DNA of 64,000 nucleotides from Acidobacteriota bacterium (GTDB lineage Bacteria; Acidobacteriota; UBA6911; RPQK01; JAJDTT01): NCBI GenBank assembly GCA_965231825.1, contig OZ246889.1, positions 4,697,859 to 4,761,858 of the forward strand, read 5' to 3'. Shown piece by piece: positions 63,232 to 64,000 of this stretch (position 1 is its first letter; each line of letters starts with the position of its first letter). The notes under the pieces were generated by a model. It saw only the letters and a program-made list of their open reading frames with translations, ran no database searches and was not told where the DNA came from. The position numbers and the translations under genes were made by a program.

Positions 63232-64000
63232 ATGGCGGAGAAAATAGAAGTACACCTGGACGGCAAAGTCCTTTCCATAGAAACCGGCAGAATGGCCAAG
63301 CAAGCCGACGGCGCCGTCGTGGTTCGCCTCGAAGAGACGATGGTCCTGGTTTCGGCCTGCTCCCAACGTGAGCCTCGGGAGAATTTGAGTTTCTTCCCGC
63401 TCACCTGCGACTACCGGGAATACACCTATGCCGCGGGCAAGATTCCCGGAGGCTTTTTCAAACGGGAGGGCAGGCCCACCGAAAAAGAGGTCCTGACGAG
63501 TCGCCTCATCGACCGTCCCATCCGCCCGCTCTTCCCGGACGGCTATGCTTGCGAGACTCAGATCGTCGCCATGGTGATGTCGGCCGACCCGGAGACGAAC
63601 CCCGATATTCTGGCTCTGAATGGTGCGTCGGCGGCACTGGCCCTGTCCGACATCCCCTTTCCGTTTCCCCTGGGGACGGTGCGGGTGGGCCGCGTCGACG
63701 GCCGGTTCATCCTCAACCCCAGTTATTCCCAGTTGGAAGAGAGCGATCTGAACCTGATCCTTTCCGGCTCCTGGGATGGCATCACCATGGTGGAAGCCAC
63801 CATGCGGGAGGTTTCCGAACAGGTCGTGGTCGAGGCCATCGAATATGGGCACGAGCAGGGAATCCGGCCGGTCATCGAGGGCATTCGAGAGCTGGCGGGG
63901 CGCCGGCCCGTCACCAAACGGACCGTGGAGCCCAAATCTCTCGACCCGGAACTCGTGGAACAGGTCGAGTCCCTGGCCCAGGAGAGGATTCTGGAAGCTC
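63232..64000 (+). CDS. pnp: polynucleotide phosphorylase (5' portion; continues beyond the window end)
   Basis: ATG at 63232 preceded by AAGGAG. MAEKIEVHLDGKVLSIETGRMAKQADGAVVV...FFKREGRPTEKE matches the PNPase N-terminus (first RNase PH domain). Absent from the ORF track because there is no in-window stop. Confidence 0.9.
   Translation, partial: MAEKIEVHLDGKVLSIETGRMAKQADGAVVVRLEETMVLVSACSQREPRENLSFFPLTCDYREYTYAAGKIPGGFFKREGRPTEKEVLTSRLIDRPIRPLFPDGYACETQIVAMVMSADPETNPDILALNGASAALALSDIPFPFPLGTVRVGRVDGRFILNPSYSQLEESDLNLILSGSWDGITMVEATMREVSEQVVVEAIEYGHEQGIRPVIEGIRELAGRRPVTKRTVEPKSLDPELVEQVESLAQERILEA

Overview
This is a high-GC bacterial chromosomal window with gene content and synteny typical of Acidobacteria-like genomes. 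Most of it is housekeeping: uvrD/pcrA, htrA, hrcA-grpE, dnaJ, a class II ribonucleotide reductase (nrdJ), tmk-holB-PSP1, smpB, pepA, a dTDP-sugar/glycosyltransferase cluster, gpmI-eno, exbB-exbD-exbD, two sigma54 two-component pairs, xerC and rpsO-pnp. The main feature is a compact polyketide locus inserted between grpE and dnaJ of the heat-shock operon. It consists of one 3481-aa type I PKS, a discrete ACP and an alpha/beta hydrolase. The PKS domain order is KS-AT-DH-cMT-psiKR-ER-KR-ACP followed by a second KS and a degenerate AT. There is no TE domain. The PKS shows two substitutions at catalytic residues (KR YAAAN changed to HAAAN; AT2 GHSxG changed to GHGIG, plus loss of the AT small subdomain). 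A perfect 485-bp tandem duplication spans the PKS 3' end and the ACP 5' end. Other accessory content is an IS630-family element (A7 frameshift site, TA target duplication) next to a second DDE transposase in a lower-GC ~0.8-kb region upstream of nrdJ. There are also two copies of a 160-bp MITE-like element with 20-bp terminal inverted repeats. Further calls are a ParB-like gene on the minus strand at the window start that the ORF track missed, a Fic-like protein with a non-canonical motif, and a GTG start for tmk.
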